NCBI GenBank assembly: GCA_963715335.1
Contig: CAVQRZ010000001.1
Coordinates: 322,164 to 386,163, forward strand
Source: an uncultured delta proteobacterium
GTDB taxonomy: Bacteria; Desulfobacterota; Desulfuromonadia; Desulfuromonadales; BM103
Reading direction: 5' to 3'
DNA length: 64,000 nt
Positions 9,638-22,045 of the stretch are shown piece by piece. Positions within the stretch are counted from its first letter, which is position 1. Each line of letters opens with the position of its first letter. A model generated the notes under the pieces. It did no database searches. It had not been told where the DNA came from and was given only the letters and a program-made list of their open reading frames with translations. Position numbers and translations under genes: made by a program.

Positions 9638-12033
9638 GCCTTGGCCTCCCTGTCCAGACGGCACTCACAGCTGCTGCCGGGCACCATCCCTTCGAGGGCG
9701 GTGTTCCAGAGCTGCGGGGCCAGAACCTGATCCTCAACCATGCCCGGCTTGACTTGGACGACAACCGTGCAGTGGCCGAAATGAGTTGTCAGGCGAGCCC
9801 GGTCGCCTTCTGCCAGTCCCAGCCGGTCCGCCAGGTCCGGGTGCAGGAGAACGTAGGGCTTCGGTGCCGTTGCCGCCAGCGGCGCAGAAAGGTGTGCCAG
9901 CCAGTGCGAACCGAGCCGGTCCGGGATCGCCAGCAGGGTCAGGGCATCCGTTGCCGCATGCTGCAGGCCCTGCTCGGCAGCCGGGGGCAGAGGTCCGCTC
10001 AAAGGCACTCGCTCGCCTGCGGTTTCGGCTGCAAGCATTGCCAATGCCGCAAACCTCGCATCGGTCTGCGCAATGGTCTTCCTTACCGCGGCGAGCTCAG
10101 TTGCGCGGCCAAGCAGGGCGGCCAGCAGCCACCAATCCGCCCCGGGGGTCGAACCGGGCGTCTGCTGGAAAAATTCGCGTGGCGGATGACCGCCCTGGCC
10201 CGTTTCGCGGATCGGCGCGCCCGGATCAATCACCGGCAGAAAAGCCTGCAGGCGGCCTTCGTTGCTGACATAGCTGCCAGCCATCTCGGCGTTGGCCCGT
10301 GCCGGCAGGAAAACATCGGCACGCTGGGCCGCCAGGGACGGAGTGGCGTCGATGCTGACCAGAAGTTCCAGGTGACCGAGGGCGCTCTGCGCCCGCGACG
10401 GGTCCATTGCTTCACAGAAAGGGTCGCTGGACAGACAGACCAGGGCCTTGACCGCGCCTTCCTGAATCGCATCGAGCAGCGAATCGAAAAGGGGGCCGTC
10501 GCCAGCCAGCAGAGCACCGCCCAGGCTGTTCGGCCCCGCCAGCAGGGTGATCACACCGACCTGGCGCTGGTCCGATGACCGGTTTTGTGCCGCCGAACAG
10601 AGCGCGTCAACTCCGTCACCACCCAGCAGATCAGCGCCGCCGATCAGGACCGGTCGCTCGGCCTGCTCCAATTGTTCAAGCAACTCGGCCACGTCCTGTT
10701 TTGCCTGGTCTTTAAAGGCGCCGGTATCATTTTGCGCGATGGCCTGCAAAAGCTCCGGCAGGCGCTTCGCAGTCAGAGTCAGGCGCCTGGCCTTGCAGGG
10801 CAGTTCCACCGGCCGCGGGTCAATCACTATCACCTTGCCGCCGTTCCGGACGGCCTGGCGCAGGGCCAGAGCAAGCACCGGGCCCTCGGCCAGGGGATCG
10901 ACACCGACCAGGATCGCCAGGTCGCTTTGGCGCAGCTCTGCAAGGCTGCGCGCAGCTTTGCCAAGTCGGGCGGACAGGGTGCGTGCGGCACGATCCCGCT
11001 CCCGGTGAGCCTCGTAAACCAGCCGGCCTGAGCCGGTCGTCGCAGCCCATTCTCGCAACAGGGCGTTGGCCTCGAAAGAGGCACGGGACGACCCGAGGAA
11101 GGCGACGCTGTCCGAACCATGTGTTTCGGCGATCGCGGCAACCTTTTGCCGGGCTGCGATCAACGCTTCCTCAACAGCAACCGACTGACCGTCGACACGG
11201 GCCTGGCGCGGACGCTCGGGATGATTGACGTGATCGTAGCCGAACCGGCCCCGGTCACAGATGAAAAAGCCGTTGGTTTCGCGGTTGATTCCCGCCCGGA
11301 CCCGTTGCACTTCACGGTAACGCCCGCCCGGTACGGTGGCGCAGCCAAGGCTGCAGTGTGGGCAGATCGACGGCGCCTCCTGGAGATCCCAGAGCCGTGT
11401 CTTGAAGCGGAACGGCTTGCTGGTCAGCACCCCGGTCGGACAGACGTCGATGATGTTGCCGGAGAAGGGGCTCTCCAGCTTGCCGCTCTGGAGGCGACCA
11501 TAAAAGACCCGGTTGCGCGAGCCGAAGACGCCGTAGTCGGTCCCACCACAATAGTCACGGTAGGTGCGCACGCAGCGGTAACAGGTAATGCAACGATTCA
11601 TCTCCTGCTGCACGAAAGGGCCAAGATTTTGGTTGGTAAAAGTCGACTTCTTGCCGCGGTAGCGGCGCATACCGTGACCACCTGCAACCGTCATCTCCTG
11701 CAGCTGGCATTCACCGCCTTCGTCGCAGACCGGACAATCGTGGGGGTGGTTGGTCATCGCCCACTCGATGACATGTTCGCGCAACTCCACCGCGGCCGGA
11801 TCCGTGGACGAGACCACCATGCCGTCCTGGGCCTTGACCATGCACGCCATTTGCAGCCCCTTGACCGGACCCTCGAGGAACGTCATGGCACAGAGACGAC
11901 AGGAGCCGACTGCTCCCAGCGCTTCGTGGTAACAGAAGTGCGGGATAACGATATCAAGCGCACGCGCCGCCTCGAGGACATTGGTCCCCTCGGGCACGGT
12001 CACTTCAAGATTGTCGATGGTCAGTTTCGGCAT
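9634..12033 (-). CDS. nuoG: NADH-quinone oxidoreductase subunit G (long form with extra CxxCxxxC cluster)
   Basis: IPHFCYH, HPHDCPVCDEGGECQLQ, CITCYRCVR, CPHCSLGC. Confidence 0.95.
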   Translation of the reverse strand: MPKLTIDNLEVTVPEGTNVLEAARALDIVIPHFCYHEALGAVGSCRLCAMTFLEGPVKGLQMACMVKAQDGMVVSSTDPAAVELREHVIEWAMTNHPHDCPVCDEGGECQLQEMTVAGGHGMRRYRGKKSTFTNQNLGPFVQQEMNRCITCYRCVRTYRDYCGGTDYGVFGSRNRVFYGRLQSGKLESPFSGNIIDVCPTGVLTSKPFRFKTRLWDLQEAPSICPHCSLGCATVPGGRYREVQRVRAGINRETNGFFICDRGRFGYDHVNHPERPRQARVDGQSVAVEEALIAARQKVAAIAETHGSDSVAFLGSSRASFEANALLREWAATTGSGRLVYEAHRERDRAARTLSARLGKAARSLAELRQSDLAILVGVDPLAEGPVLALALRQAVRNGGKVIVIDPRPVELPCKARRLTLTAKRLPELLQAIAQNDTGAFKDQAKQDVAELLEQLEQAERPVLIGGADLLGGDGVDALCSAAQNRSSDQRQVGVITLLAGPNSLGGALLAGDGPLFDSLLDAIQEGAVKALVCLSSDPFCEAMDPSRAQSALGHLELLVSIDATPSLAAQRADVFLPARANAEMAGSYVSNEGRLQAFLPVIDPGAPIRETGQGGHPPREFFQQTPGSTPGADWWLLAALLGRATELAAVRKTIAQTDARFAALAMLAAETAGERVPLSGPLPPAAEQGLQHAATDALTLLAIPDRLGSHWLAHLSAPLAATAPKPYVLLHPDLADRLGLAEGDRARLTTHFGHCTVVVQVKPGMVEDQVLAPQLWNTALEGMVPGSSCECRLDREAKA

Positions 12034-12040
12034 AAATTCA

Positions 12041-12117
12041 GTTGCTGGTGGCTAGGGGTTGGAGACTGGCAAAAGCTATGAATATTTCTAGCCTCTAGCC
12101 TCCAGACCCCAGCTACC
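12041..12117. repeat. Heptamer-unit inverted-repeat hairpin (nuoF-nuoG junction)
   Basis: GTTGCTG GTGGCTA GGGGTTG GAGACTG / TCTAGCC TCTAGCC TCCAGAC CCCAGCT. Confidence 0.75.
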
Positions 12118-13387
12118 GGTTAAAAGGACATTTCCCCTGCCTGATGTGATCAACAATTTCGTGCTCGAACAGCCGCAGCAGCGCCTCGACCGGGCCCATG
12201 GCGCCTTCGGCCAGGGCACAGAAGGAGCGGCCCCGGATATTGCGCACCTGGTCTTTGAGCATCGCCAGGTCATCCATCGACGCCTGGCCGAATTCGATCC
12301 GGTCGAGCAGCCAGGCGATGGTCGCCAGGCCGTCGCGGCAGGGTGTACACCAGCCGCAGCTCTCACGGGCAAAGAACTGGTTGAGGTTGCGGGTCACCGC
12401 CACCATGCAGGTCTCTTCATCAAAGACCGTGACCCCCGCCGTGCCGAGCCGGCTTTTGACCGCTTCGAGCGGATTGAAGTCCATCATCAGGTCAAGATGC
12501 TCGGCGGTCAGGTAGGGCGTCGAGGCCCCGCCCGGCAGGCACGCCTTGAATTTCTTGCCACCGCGCACACCGCCGCCGACCTCTTCCACAACCTCGCGCA
12601 AAGTGATCCCGAGCGGCAGCTCGAAACATTCCGGCCGGTTCAGGTGGCCGGACAGGCCGAACAGCTTGGTGCCGGCACTCTCCGGGTTCAGCGCCAGGTC
12701 ATGAAACCACATGACGCCATTGGCCAGGATGTGCGGCACGTTGGCAAAGGTCTCGACGTTGTTGACGTTGGTTGGCTTGCCGAACAAGCCGCGCTGGGCC
12801 GGAAAAGGTGGCTTGGAACGCGGATTCGGGCGACGGCCCTCGAGGCCGTTGAGCAGGGCGGTTTCCTCACCGAGGATGTAGCGCCCGGCGCTACGGTGCA
12901 CGTGCAGTTCGACATCGAAGCCGGAGCCGAGAATATTCTTGCCCAGGTAGCCGGCGGCGACGGCCTCCTCGATGGCCCGTTCGACCCTTTGCGAGCAATC
13001 CTCGTAGGCGTAGCGCAGGAAGATATAACCGACCGGCGTCTGCATTGCGTAAGCCGCAATCGCCATCCCCTCGACCAGCTGGTGAGGGTCGGCAAGCAGC
13101 AGCTGACGGTCCTTGTAGGTCCCCGGCTCCATCTCGTCGCCGTTGCAGACCAGGTACTTTTCACCCGGGGCGTCAGCCGGAAAGAATGACCACTTGATGC
13201 CGGTCGGGAAGCCCGCTCCCCCACGACCGCGCAGGGCGGACGCTTTGACCACGTCGCAAACTTGCGAGGGCTGCATCTTCAGGGCATCTTGCAGCCCCTG
13301 GTAGCCGCCGCTCTTGATGTACTCGGGAAGCAGCACGGTTTCCCCGGGGCGACGGTTTTTGAAAAGGACCTGCGGATAGGTGCTCAT
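12113..13387 (-). CDS. nuoF: NADH-quinone oxidoreductase subunit F
   Basis: LRGRGGAGFPTGIKW, NGDEMEPGT, ESCGWCTPCR; start MSTYPQ overlaps the nuoE stop. Confidence 0.96.
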   Translation of the reverse strand: MSTYPQVLFKNRRPGETVLLPEYIKSGGYQGLQDALKMQPSQVCDVVKASALRGRGGAGFPTGIKWSFFPADAPGEKYLVCNGDEMEPGTYKDRQLLLADPHQLVEGMAIAAYAMQTPVGYIFLRYAYEDCSQRVERAIEEAVAAGYLGKNILGSGFDVELHVHRSAGRYILGEETALLNGLEGRRPNPRSKPPFPAQRGLFGKPTNVNNVETFANVPHILANGVMWFHDLALNPESAGTKLFGLSGHLNRPECFELPLGITLREVVEEVGGGVRGGKKFKACLPGGASTPYLTAEHLDLMMDFNPLEAVKSRLGTAGVTVFDEETCMVAVTRNLNQFFARESCGWCTPCRDGLATIAWLLDRIEFGQASMDDLAMLKDQVRNIRGRSFCALAEGAMGPVEALLRLFEHEIVDHIRQGKCPFNR

Positions 13388-13872
13388 CCCTGCACCTCCG
13401 CACGCACGTCCGCCAGAATCCGGTCGATCTTTTCCGGGGTCAGGTGGCCATGGGTAGTCAGGCCGATCATCATTGCCGGGGCCTCGCCGCAAGCACCGAG
13501 GCAGCAGGTCGGCAGCAGGGTAAACATGCCATCGGTGGTAGTTTCGCCCAGGCTGATACCGAGTCGACTCTGCAGATGTTCGGCAATCTTCTCGGCACCG
13601 GTCGCCCAGCAGCAGATCGAATCACAGACATGGATGACCCGACGGCCCACTTCCCGCCGGAAAATCTTATCGTAGAAGGTCGCCACTTCTTCCACTTCGA
13701 TCGGCAGGATTCCAAGGGTCTCTGCGGTCAGCAGTACGCCATCATCGGGCACCCAGCCATGATGCGACTGGATCGCCCGTAACAGGTCTACGATCAGCTC
13801 ATGGGGATGTGAAACCGCACCGGCCCTGGCCCTGAAGCTGTCGATCTGCTGTTGTGGAAGAAGCTCGGTCAT
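13384..13872 (-). CDS. nuoE: NADH-quinone oxidoreductase subunit E
   Basis: VATFY, CDSICC and CLGACGEAP 2Fe-2S motifs. Confidence 0.94.
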   Translation of the reverse strand: MTELLPQQQIDSFRARAGAVSHPHELIVDLLRAIQSHHGWVPDDGVLLTAETLGILPIEVEEVATFYDKIFRREVGRRVIHVCDSICCWATGAEKIAEHLQSRLGISLGETTTDGMFTLLPTCCLGACGEAPAMMIGLTTHGHLTPEKIDRILADVRAEVQG

Positions 13873-13889
13873 AACCCCAAAATCGATCC

Positions 13890-13955
13890 GCCACGAAGGC
13901 ACGAAGGCGCCAAGAAAAGAATAAAGCGTTTTTCGTGTCTTCGTGTCTTTGTGGC
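13890..13955. repeat. Octamer-unit inverted-repeat hairpin (nuoBCD-nuoE junction)
   Basis: CCACGAAG GCACGAAG GCGCCAAG / TTCGTGTC TTCGTGTC TTTGTGGC. Confidence 0.8.
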
Positions 13956-13963
13956 AAACGTGA

Positions 13964-16354
13964 TCATCGATCTAAATCCGCCAAAATAAAATCGATCGCC
14001 CCGAGCACCATGATCAGGTCGGAGATCATCCAGCCCTTGGTCATCTTCGGGAAGACCTGCATGTGGGCGAAGCTCGGCGTACGGATCCGCAGCCGGTACG
14101 GTGTGTTGCCCCCGTCGCTGACAACATAGTAGCCGCACTCGCCCTTGCTCGACTCGATACCGCGATAGCATTCGCCGCGCGGTGGCGACATCCCTCTCGT
14201 TACGTTCATGAAGTGGTGGATCAGAGTCTCGATGTCCTTCTTGCCAGCCTCCCGTTCCGGGTAAACATAGCGGCAGTCGCGACTCACATAGTCGCCGGCC
14301 GGCATATCGGCTGCAGCCTGTTTGACGATCCGCAGGCTCTGGCGCATCTCCTCGAGGCGCACCAGGTAGCGGGCGAAGCTGCAGCCGGCCGAAGCCGTTG
14401 GGATATCAAAGTCAAAACGCTCGTAACCGGAATAGGGCATCTTCTTGCGCAGGTCCCATTCCAGACCGCAGGCCCGCAGGTTGGCCCCGGACATCCCCCA
14501 GTCGATCGCTTCGTCGAGAGAGGTGACACCGATCCCCTCGGTGCGTGCGCGGAAGATCGGACCGTCGGTCAACATGCGGTCGAATTCGTCGATTCGTTTA
14601 TCGAAATCGCGGGTGAAGACCTCCACGGTTTTCTGCCAGCCTTCGGGCAGGTCCATCGGCAGACCACCGATCCGGAACCAGGACGGGTGCATGCGGCCGC
14701 CGGTTACCTGTTCGATGATATCGAAGATCTTCTCGCGTGATTCGAAGGCGTAGAAGACCGGCGTCATGGCACCGACGTCGTGGGCGAAGGTACCGAGCCA
14801 GACCAGGTGGTTGGCGATGCGGAACAGTTCACAGAGCATGACCCGGATAACCTGGGCGCGCTCAGGGACCTCGACTCCGAGCATCGTCTCGAGAGGCAGC
14901 AGGTAGGCCAGGTTGTTCTGCACCCCGGAGAGATAGTCGATGCGGTCGGTGTAGGGGATGTACTGGTTCCAGTGCTGGCGTTCGGCGATCTTCTCGGCAC
15001 CGCGGTGGTGATAGCCGAGGTCGACATCGACATCCTCGACCTCTTCACCGTTGAGCTTGGCGACCAGGCGCAGCACGCCATGGGTGCCGGGGTGATGAGG
15101 GCCAAGGTTGAGGATCATCGTCTCGTCATCGACACGCTCCATCTCCTTGCCGCCAAAGAAACTCTCCGCGTCGCGCGGCACCATCTGCATAGCGGCTTCC
15201 GGCGTAAAAGGTTCCATCTCGGTGGCGCGGCAGACGTGCTCCTTGCGCAAGGGGTGGCCCTGCCAGTCGTGGGCCATGAGGATGCGGCGCAGGTCAGGAT
15301 GGCCCTTGAAATCGATGCCGAACATGTCGAAGACTTCGCGCTCGTACCAGTTGGCCGTAGTCCAGACGTTGGTCAGCGTCGGCGCCGACGGCATTTCGCC
15401 GTTCAGCGGCACCTTGACCCGTACGTAGCCGGGGTCGTCGTATGACATCAGATGGTAAACCAGGGTGAAGTCGTGGTCCGGGCGTTGGCCGCGGGCGCGC
15501 TCATCAATCGCAGTCAGGTCTTCGAGCCGACGGAATTTCTTAGGCGCCTGTTCCTTGAGGAAGCCCAGCAGATCGGTGGCTGTCTCTGCATCGGTCCAGA
15601 AGGTCGGCATATCGACGCCCTTGACGTCTTCACGGACCTTCTCGCCGAACCGGTCATGCAGTGCCTTGCGCAGATCGGGCGTCGACTCGACAAAATCAAC
15701 CTGCGGCTGCTCCGGGCGCCAGATCCCGGCAGAGCGGTTCCCCCAGAAGTGGGGAGCCTGTGTCGAGGTGCCGCGATTCGGGCTATTGCCGAAACCGGGG
15801 CCGCGCGTATCACGGCTCTTGCTGACACCGTCTACCAGCATCGGCCGTGTGGTCCCTTCGCTGCCACCCTGCATACCGAGCACGCTGCGAGCTGGACGCT
15901 CTTCTTTGGCGATCTTTTCCTGCAGCAGCATCAACCCCTGCAGAAAAGCTTCCGGCCGCGGCGGGCAGCCGGGAATGTAGACGTCGACCGGCAGAACCTG
16001 ATTGACCCCCTGCATGACGCTGTAGACATCGTACATGCCACCGGAGTTGGCACAGCTGCCCATCGCCATGACCCACTTAGGGTTGGCCATCTGCTCGTAG
16101 ACACGCAGCATGCTTGCGCCCATCTTCTTGAAGGGTGTGCCGGAGATGATCATCAGGTCGGCTTCGCGTGGCGTACTGCGCAGGACTTCAGCGCCGAAGC
16201 GGGCCAGGTCAAAGCGCGGCGTCATGCTGGTCATCATCTCGACGAAACAGCAGGACAGCCCGAAGAACATCGGCCAGAGGCTGTTTTTGCGCCCCCAGTT
16301 GATGGCATCATCCAGGGTGGTCAGAACCACATTGGGCGGCAGCTGCTCACTCAC
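13964..16354 (-). CDS. nuoBCD: NADH-quinone oxidoreductase fused subunit B/C/D
   Basis: NuoB ([16 protein letters not shown]), NuoC ([18 protein letters not shown]) and NuoD ([20 protein letters not shown]) in one 796-aa frame. Confidence 0.95.
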   Translation of the reverse strand: MSEQLPPNVVLTTLDDAINWGRKNSLWPMFFGLSCCFVEMMTSMTPRFDLARFGAEVLRSTPREADLMIISGTPFKKMGASMLRVYEQMANPKWVMAMGSCANSGGMYDVYSVMQGVNQVLPVDVYIPGCPPRPEAFLQGLMLLQEKIAKEERPARSVLGMQGGSEGTTRPMLVDGVSKSRDTRGPGFGNSPNRGTSTQAPHFWGNRSAGIWRPEQPQVDFVESTPDLRKALHDRFGEKVREDVKGVDMPTFWTDAETATDLLGFLKEQAPKKFRRLEDLTAIDERARGQRPDHDFTLVYHLMSYDDPGYVRVKVPLNGEMPSAPTLTNVWTTANWYEREVFDMFGIDFKGHPDLRRILMAHDWQGHPLRKEHVCRATEMEPFTPEAAMQMVPRDAESFFGGKEMERVDDETMILNLGPHHPGTHGVLRLVAKLNGEEVEDVDVDLGYHHRGAEKIAERQHWNQYIPYTDRIDYLSGVQNNLAYLLPLETMLGVEVPERAQVIRVMLCELFRIANHLVWLGTFAHDVGAMTPVFYAFESREKIFDIIEQVTGGRMHPSWFRIGGLPMDLPEGWQKTVEVFTRDFDKRIDEFDRMLTDGPIFRARTEGIGVTSLDEAIDWGMSGANLRACGLEWDLRKKMPYSGYERFDFDIPTASAGCSFARYLVRLEEMRQSLRIVKQAAADMPAGDYVSRDCRYVYPEREAGKKDIETLIHHFMNVTRGMSPPRGECYRGIESSKGECGYYVVSDGGNTPYRLRIRTPSFAHMQVFPKMTKGWMISDLIMVLGAIDFILADLDR

Positions 16355-16797
16355 GAAGGACTCCGTTCCGGATTGCGGCTTTCACGCTGCGCCCGCGGGC
16401 CCCATTCGAGACCGCCGGTCTTCCAGAGATGGACCAGGCCGAGGAAAAGGATAAAGATGAAAAAGCAGACGTGAGCGAATCCGGACCAGCCAAGCCGGTC
16501 GTAAGCAACCGCCCATGAGGCGACAAAGATCACCTCGACGTCGAAAATGATGAAGAAGATTGCAACCAGGTAAAAAGGCACAGGCCCTTTCAGTCGTGCG
16601 TTATCAAGCGGCAGGATGCCCGATTCGTAAGGTTCCTGTTTTTGCCGGGAACGGGTTTTGCGACCCAGCCCCCAGGAGAGCAGCAACAGCACCGCAACCA
16701 GGAATATGGCTATCCCGATGTAGATTCCCAGTGCCAGGTAGGACTCGAAATCCGGTTGTGCAACTATCAGTTTTGTCGAGGTGTTGACTGGTGACAT
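16351..16797 (-). CDS. nuoA: NADH-quinone oxidoreductase subunit A
   Basis: [24 protein letters not shown]. Confidence 0.95.
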   Translation of the reverse strand: MSPVNTSTKLIVAQPDFESYLALGIYIGIAIFLVAVLLLLSWGLGRKTRSRQKQEPYESGILPLDNARLKGPVPFYLVAIFFIIFDVEVIFVASWAVAYDRLGWSGFAHVCFFIFILFLGLVHLWKTGGLEWGPRAQRESRNPERSPS

Positions 16798-16906
16798 AGC
16801 CGTTTAAAAGGTTCGGTTGAAAGTTGTATGATTGCGTATCTGTCGCAAACCAAAGCACCACCAAAGACTAGCACAAAAACCGGTCCCGTCCATCGGTTGA
16901 TGCGCC

Positions 16907-17365
16907 TCACGAACTGCTTCTGCCCGTCTCAATCGCCGCCCTGGCCAGAGCATCGCAGCGCTCGTTTTCGACATGACCATCGTGACCGCGCACCCAGTGC
17001 CATTCGACCTGGTGCTGTTCGGCAAGCTCAAGCAGGCGCTCCCAGAGATCGCGGTTGGCGACCGGCTTTTTCTGGGTGTTCTTCCAGCCGCGCTTCACCC
17101 AGCCTTCGATCCATTCGGTCATGCCTTTTTTGACGTACTCCGAATCCGTAGTCACTCTGACCCGGCACCGCCGCGTCAGGGCTGCAAGCCCGGCGATCGC
17201 ACCGCTCAGCTCCATGCGGTTGTTGGTCGTCTCCGGATCGTAGCCCGAGAGTTCTTTCTCCTGCCCGCCGCAACGCAGAATCGTGCCCCAGCCTCCCGGC
17301 CCCGGGTTCCCGGAGCAGGCGCCGTCGGAAAAGATTTCCACCAGGGGGGTCCCTGTTTCATTCAT
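16907..17365 (-). CDS. rnhA: Ribonuclease HI
   Basis: [28 protein letters not shown]...NERCD. Confidence 0.97.
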   Translation of the reverse strand: MNETGTPLVEIFSDGACSGNPGPGGWGTILRCGGQEKELSGYDPETTNNRMELSGAIAGLAALTRRCRVRVTTDSEYVKKGMTEWIEGWVKRGWKNTQKKPVANRDLWERLLELAEQHQVEWHWVRGHDGHVENERCDALARAAIETGRSSS

Positions 17366-17635
17366 GGCGTTGCGCTTTGAGTTGTGTGCGGTTAAAAAAC
17401 TTTGCCATTCTAGCACAGCGCGGCAGCCAAAATCAGCACTCTAGATTCGCTGTACAAATTAAAAGTTCTGCAACGCTTAAATGGTCGCTGGAATAATAAA
17501 CGACTCGCACGTTGCTACGGTCGAGTCGACATCTTTGACCACGCATTGGCACGGACTCGACCGCCCAGGCGGCTTTGCCGGGCAAGCTGGCTGTAAACCA
17601 AACGCTGTCATGATTCAGGTCAACCGATTGTTATT

Positions 17636-20260
17636 CTAAGGGACGGCCGATCTGCCGTTAGCGAGGACCTGCTCCGCGTCCCAGAAACAGACCAGTCGTT
17701 GCGCAACCACATCGGCCAACAGCATCAGGTTCTGTTTTTGCACTTCAATAACCTTGACCACCGGTTTGAAATGGCCGCTGTCCGGGATCAGTTCCTCCAG
17801 CGCATTGCTGCTCTGGTAAATCCAGTCACTGTTCAGGGTGCAGGGGAAGGTATCAGGGAACAAAGCCAGATAAAAAATATCCGCTTCAACGAGGTCCTGG
17901 AAAAAGTGCGAGCCAAAAGACAGCTCCGGCATTAGCTCTCCTTCCTGGAAAGCCACCTCGCCGATAGCGGCCATATTATTTATTTCCGAGAATTTGACCG
18001 GCACCCCCAGGGACGGTGTCGAGGTTCCCCAGCGGCCCGGGCCCAGCAGCAGGGTCGGGTGTTGCTCACGGTTCTTGATGCGCCGGTTCAGGCGCCCGAC
18101 CAGACGGGCGATTTCGTGTTTGTCAGAAAGACCGAGCTGCGAATACTGCTGCGCATCGATCCAGATTACCCGTTTGATTTGCAGCGCCGTGTTGCCGCCC
18201 ATGAAGCCGCCCGCAGCCTTGAAAAACGTTTTCTCTGCGGTAATGCCGTCGGGAAGATTGACCCGTTTCTTCAAGCCTTTCGTCTGTAACGGCCGGCATT
18301 GCAAAAGGTTGATCCTGGCTGTTTTACCAGCGTTGTTGTTGACGGTGAATTCAATGTCGACCGGATACTGGTAAGCTCTTTCGAGGGTTTTCAAAAGCTT
18401 CTGCATCCGCTGGGGGAAGTCTGTCCTGGTCAGCAGGTGTTCGAAGGTGAGCAGCCAGACATCATGAACAGGCTTGCCAAGCTCACGCAGACGTTTCATG
18501 GTTTCCCGGTCGAGCACGCCATATCGATCAAGGTTGAGATCGATTCCCTCCTCGATCAGCCGGAAAAGCGACTGCGACTGCAGGGCGTTGTCGTTGATGT
18601 TGACCAAATCGATATCTTTCTGCGAGAAACGACGGATATCTTCGTACCCTTTCAAGGGAAGTTTCATTGGGGCATCGAGAGCCACGATCCGGGGGTAGTC
18701 CCCTTCAACGCGGTCGACAGCGCGCGTTCCCAGGCCAAGCACCAGGCGCAGCATCCCCGCCTTCGGATCCATACATTTGTCCCAGACGAAGGTGTTGTAG
18801 GAGATTCCCACACCTGCCAACTCCGGGAAATAATATTGTCGGTGATACGAACCGGACACCCTCTGCACGAGCAACCCCATCTGCTCGACCTGCTGATCAA
18901 GGCCACGCTGCTTGCGGTAGGTCAAGGCCTCTTCGCTCATGGTACTGGAGAAGATCTTCCGTACGGCATCCTCGAATGCATTGTAACGATCTTCGGGTGA
19001 ACCCTGGTTGGCACAGAAGAAGCTGTCATATTTCCCGGCAAATGCACTGCCGAAACTGTCTTCCAGCAGGGAGCTGGAGCGCACGATAATCGGGTACTGG
19101 CCATAGTAATCGAGCATGCTCTGAAAGTCTTCGCGCAACTGTTCCGGAAATGAGCCGGTCAGCATTTTTTCGTGCAACTCCGCGCCTGCCCTGTAATACC
19201 CTTCCGGGGTTTTTTGTGCTGCGTAGAGTTCCCACCAGCCGTTGTTGACAATATATGAGTAGTAAACATTCGAGCCGACAAAGAAGGAGTCATGCTGTTC
19301 CAGTTGATCCCCCCAGTCAGCATCGGCTTGTGCTTCGAGGATGCGGCGCGCCAGCAGCATGCCGACGGCTTTGCCGCCGATGAAGCCGGTGCCGATCATG
19401 CGCGCCTTGTAAGCAAGCAGATCCTGCAGAGAAAAAAACTGCCTGGCCAGGCCCAGGATATTATCCTCACGACCAATCAGGTGTCGGCATAGATGGTCGA
19501 CCATTTTCTTCTGTTCTGCAGGAGGGACCCCTTCGGCACTCAGATCCTCGGCCTGCAGGAACAACCGGTGCCAATGATCAAGGCGGCGATGGCCGGCCGC
19601 CTGATCCTGGCTATAGGCACCGGCGAGCAGGTTTGTCGCTTCAAAACTGTTGGCCAGGGGGATGAAGCTTTCAGCGGACTGGCGATGGGGGAGAAACATG
19701 GTCGGCGAATGCCGTTCCCAGACTTTGAGAGGATGAACGAACAGCTGCCCTTCGCGGTTGTGCAGTTCCAAAAAAACCTGGGTTGTCTCGCGGATGCGGG
19801 CAATTGTTTTATGGGCGTGACGGTTACGCAACAGAGCAAAATAGGCGACCGTGTCGAGACGAAACAGATAGGGGCAGGTCACCTGGAAAAAGTTGGCGAT
19901 CATGTGATCGGTGGCCCAGGCTGACAAAAGCTCGGACAGGCAGTCAAACACGTAGAAGGTGCCAACGCCCTTTGCCGTGGCAATGGCATGTATCGCACAG
20001 GCGAAAGGTTCAAACCCTTGGCGAGGGTCAAGCACAAAAGTCTCGACCCCCATGTCCGCACTTACAATTGGAGGATGTTGACCGAAGCGGAAGTAGACCA
20101 CTTCGCGACGGCCTGCCAAGGCCTGTTTGACATAGGGTTCGACGAAATACCGGTAATCTTCGATAGTGTCGACCTTCCAGACCACATTATCGCCGATTCG
20201 CAAACCATCGAGGATCTCATCAAGGCCCCTGAATCCGGTCGTTACCCGCCTGTCGTTCAT
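17636..20260 (-). CDS. PEP/pyruvate-binding (PPDK_N, ATP-grasp) domain protein with a degenerate KaiC/RecA-like N-terminus; function unknown
   Basis: TTGFRGLDEILDGL N-terminus; GGKAVG, IVRSSSLLEDS...FAGKY, PVDIEF, LLQCRP; no phospho-His or C-terminal PEP-utiliser domain recognised. Confidence 0.8.
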   Translation of the reverse strand: MNDRRVTTGFRGLDEILDGLRIGDNVVWKVDTIEDYRYFVEPYVKQALAGRREVVYFRFGQHPPIVSADMGVETFVLDPRQGFEPFACAIHAIATAKGVGTFYVFDCLSELLSAWATDHMIANFFQVTCPYLFRLDTVAYFALLRNRHAHKTIARIRETTQVFLELHNREGQLFVHPLKVWERHSPTMFLPHRQSAESFIPLANSFEATNLLAGAYSQDQAAGHRRLDHWHRLFLQAEDLSAEGVPPAEQKKMVDHLCRHLIGREDNILGLARQFFSLQDLLAYKARMIGTGFIGGKAVGMLLARRILEAQADADWGDQLEQHDSFFVGSNVYYSYIVNNGWWELYAAQKTPEGYYRAGAELHEKMLTGSFPEQLREDFQSMLDYYGQYPIIVRSSSLLEDSFGSAFAGKYDSFFCANQGSPEDRYNAFEDAVRKIFSSTMSEEALTYRKQRGLDQQVEQMGLLVQRVSGSYHRQYYFPELAGVGISYNTFVWDKCMDPKAGMLRLVLGLGTRAVDRVEGDYPRIVALDAPMKLPLKGYEDIRRFSQKDIDLVNINDNALQSQSLFRLIEEGIDLNLDRYGVLDRETMKRLRELGKPVHDVWLLTFEHLLTRTDFPQRMQKLLKTLERAYQYPVDIEFTVNNNAGKTARINLLQCRPLQTKGLKKRVNLPDGITAEKTFFKAAGGFMGGNTALQIKRVIWIDAQQYSQLGLSDKHEIARLVGRLNRRIKNREQHPTLLLGPGRWGTSTPSLGVPVKFSEINNMAAIGEVAFQEGELMPELSFGSHFFQDLVEADIFYLALFPDTFPCTLNSDWIYQSSNALEELIPDSGHFKPVVKVIEVQKQNLMLLADVVAQRLVCFWDAEQVLANGRSAVP

Positions 20261-20377
20261 GGCTGTCCCCGCTGTTCTCCTCACCGTCTCCGAATATAAC
20301 TGCAACCCGGTTGTCGGGTTCTGCTCTTTATACTGGACCGGCAGTATGCCTGCCGGTCCATTTGTCCTACTGGCGGT

Positions 20378-21775
<1,398 letters not shown>

Positions 21776-21959
21776 TTATAAGCGAAAAACGATTCGCATT
21801 CAAGCGAAAAAGGGCCGTCGCCTAAAAATTAACCGTCTCTACGGGCACACAGACCGCTTTTACAAAGACACGCAATTTTACTCCGGTCCGACCGGCAGCC
21901 CTTACTGTCTCTGGGCGCCCGGACATCACGCCTTGCCCAGCGTAGCGGGCCAACATAAA

Positions 21960-21991
21960 AAAGCCCCTCCGCTTTATCGCGGAAGGGCTTT
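21960..21991 (-). terminator. Terminator-like hairpin downstream of mscL
   Basis: AAAGCCC...GGGCTTT stem with a T-run on the minus strand; near-copy at 22645-22676. Confidence 0.6.
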
Positions 21992-22045
21992 GAGTTTTCA
22001 GTAAGCCCGGCCTTCGCCGTGGCGAAGGCCGACGCCCTGGACCGG

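Noticed and set aside
17500..17620. c-di-GMP (GEMM) riboswitch or sigma54 promoter
   Set aside because: GCAAAGCC on the minus strand lacks the GGCAAAC/GNRA P2 context; TGGCACG lacks the -12 TTGC and points at no gene.
21790..21880. ANTAR dual hairpin or glutamine riboswitch in the gdhA leader
   Set aside because: Small stems are present, but loops do not fit the hexaloop A1/G4 pattern and no overlapping terminator is evident.
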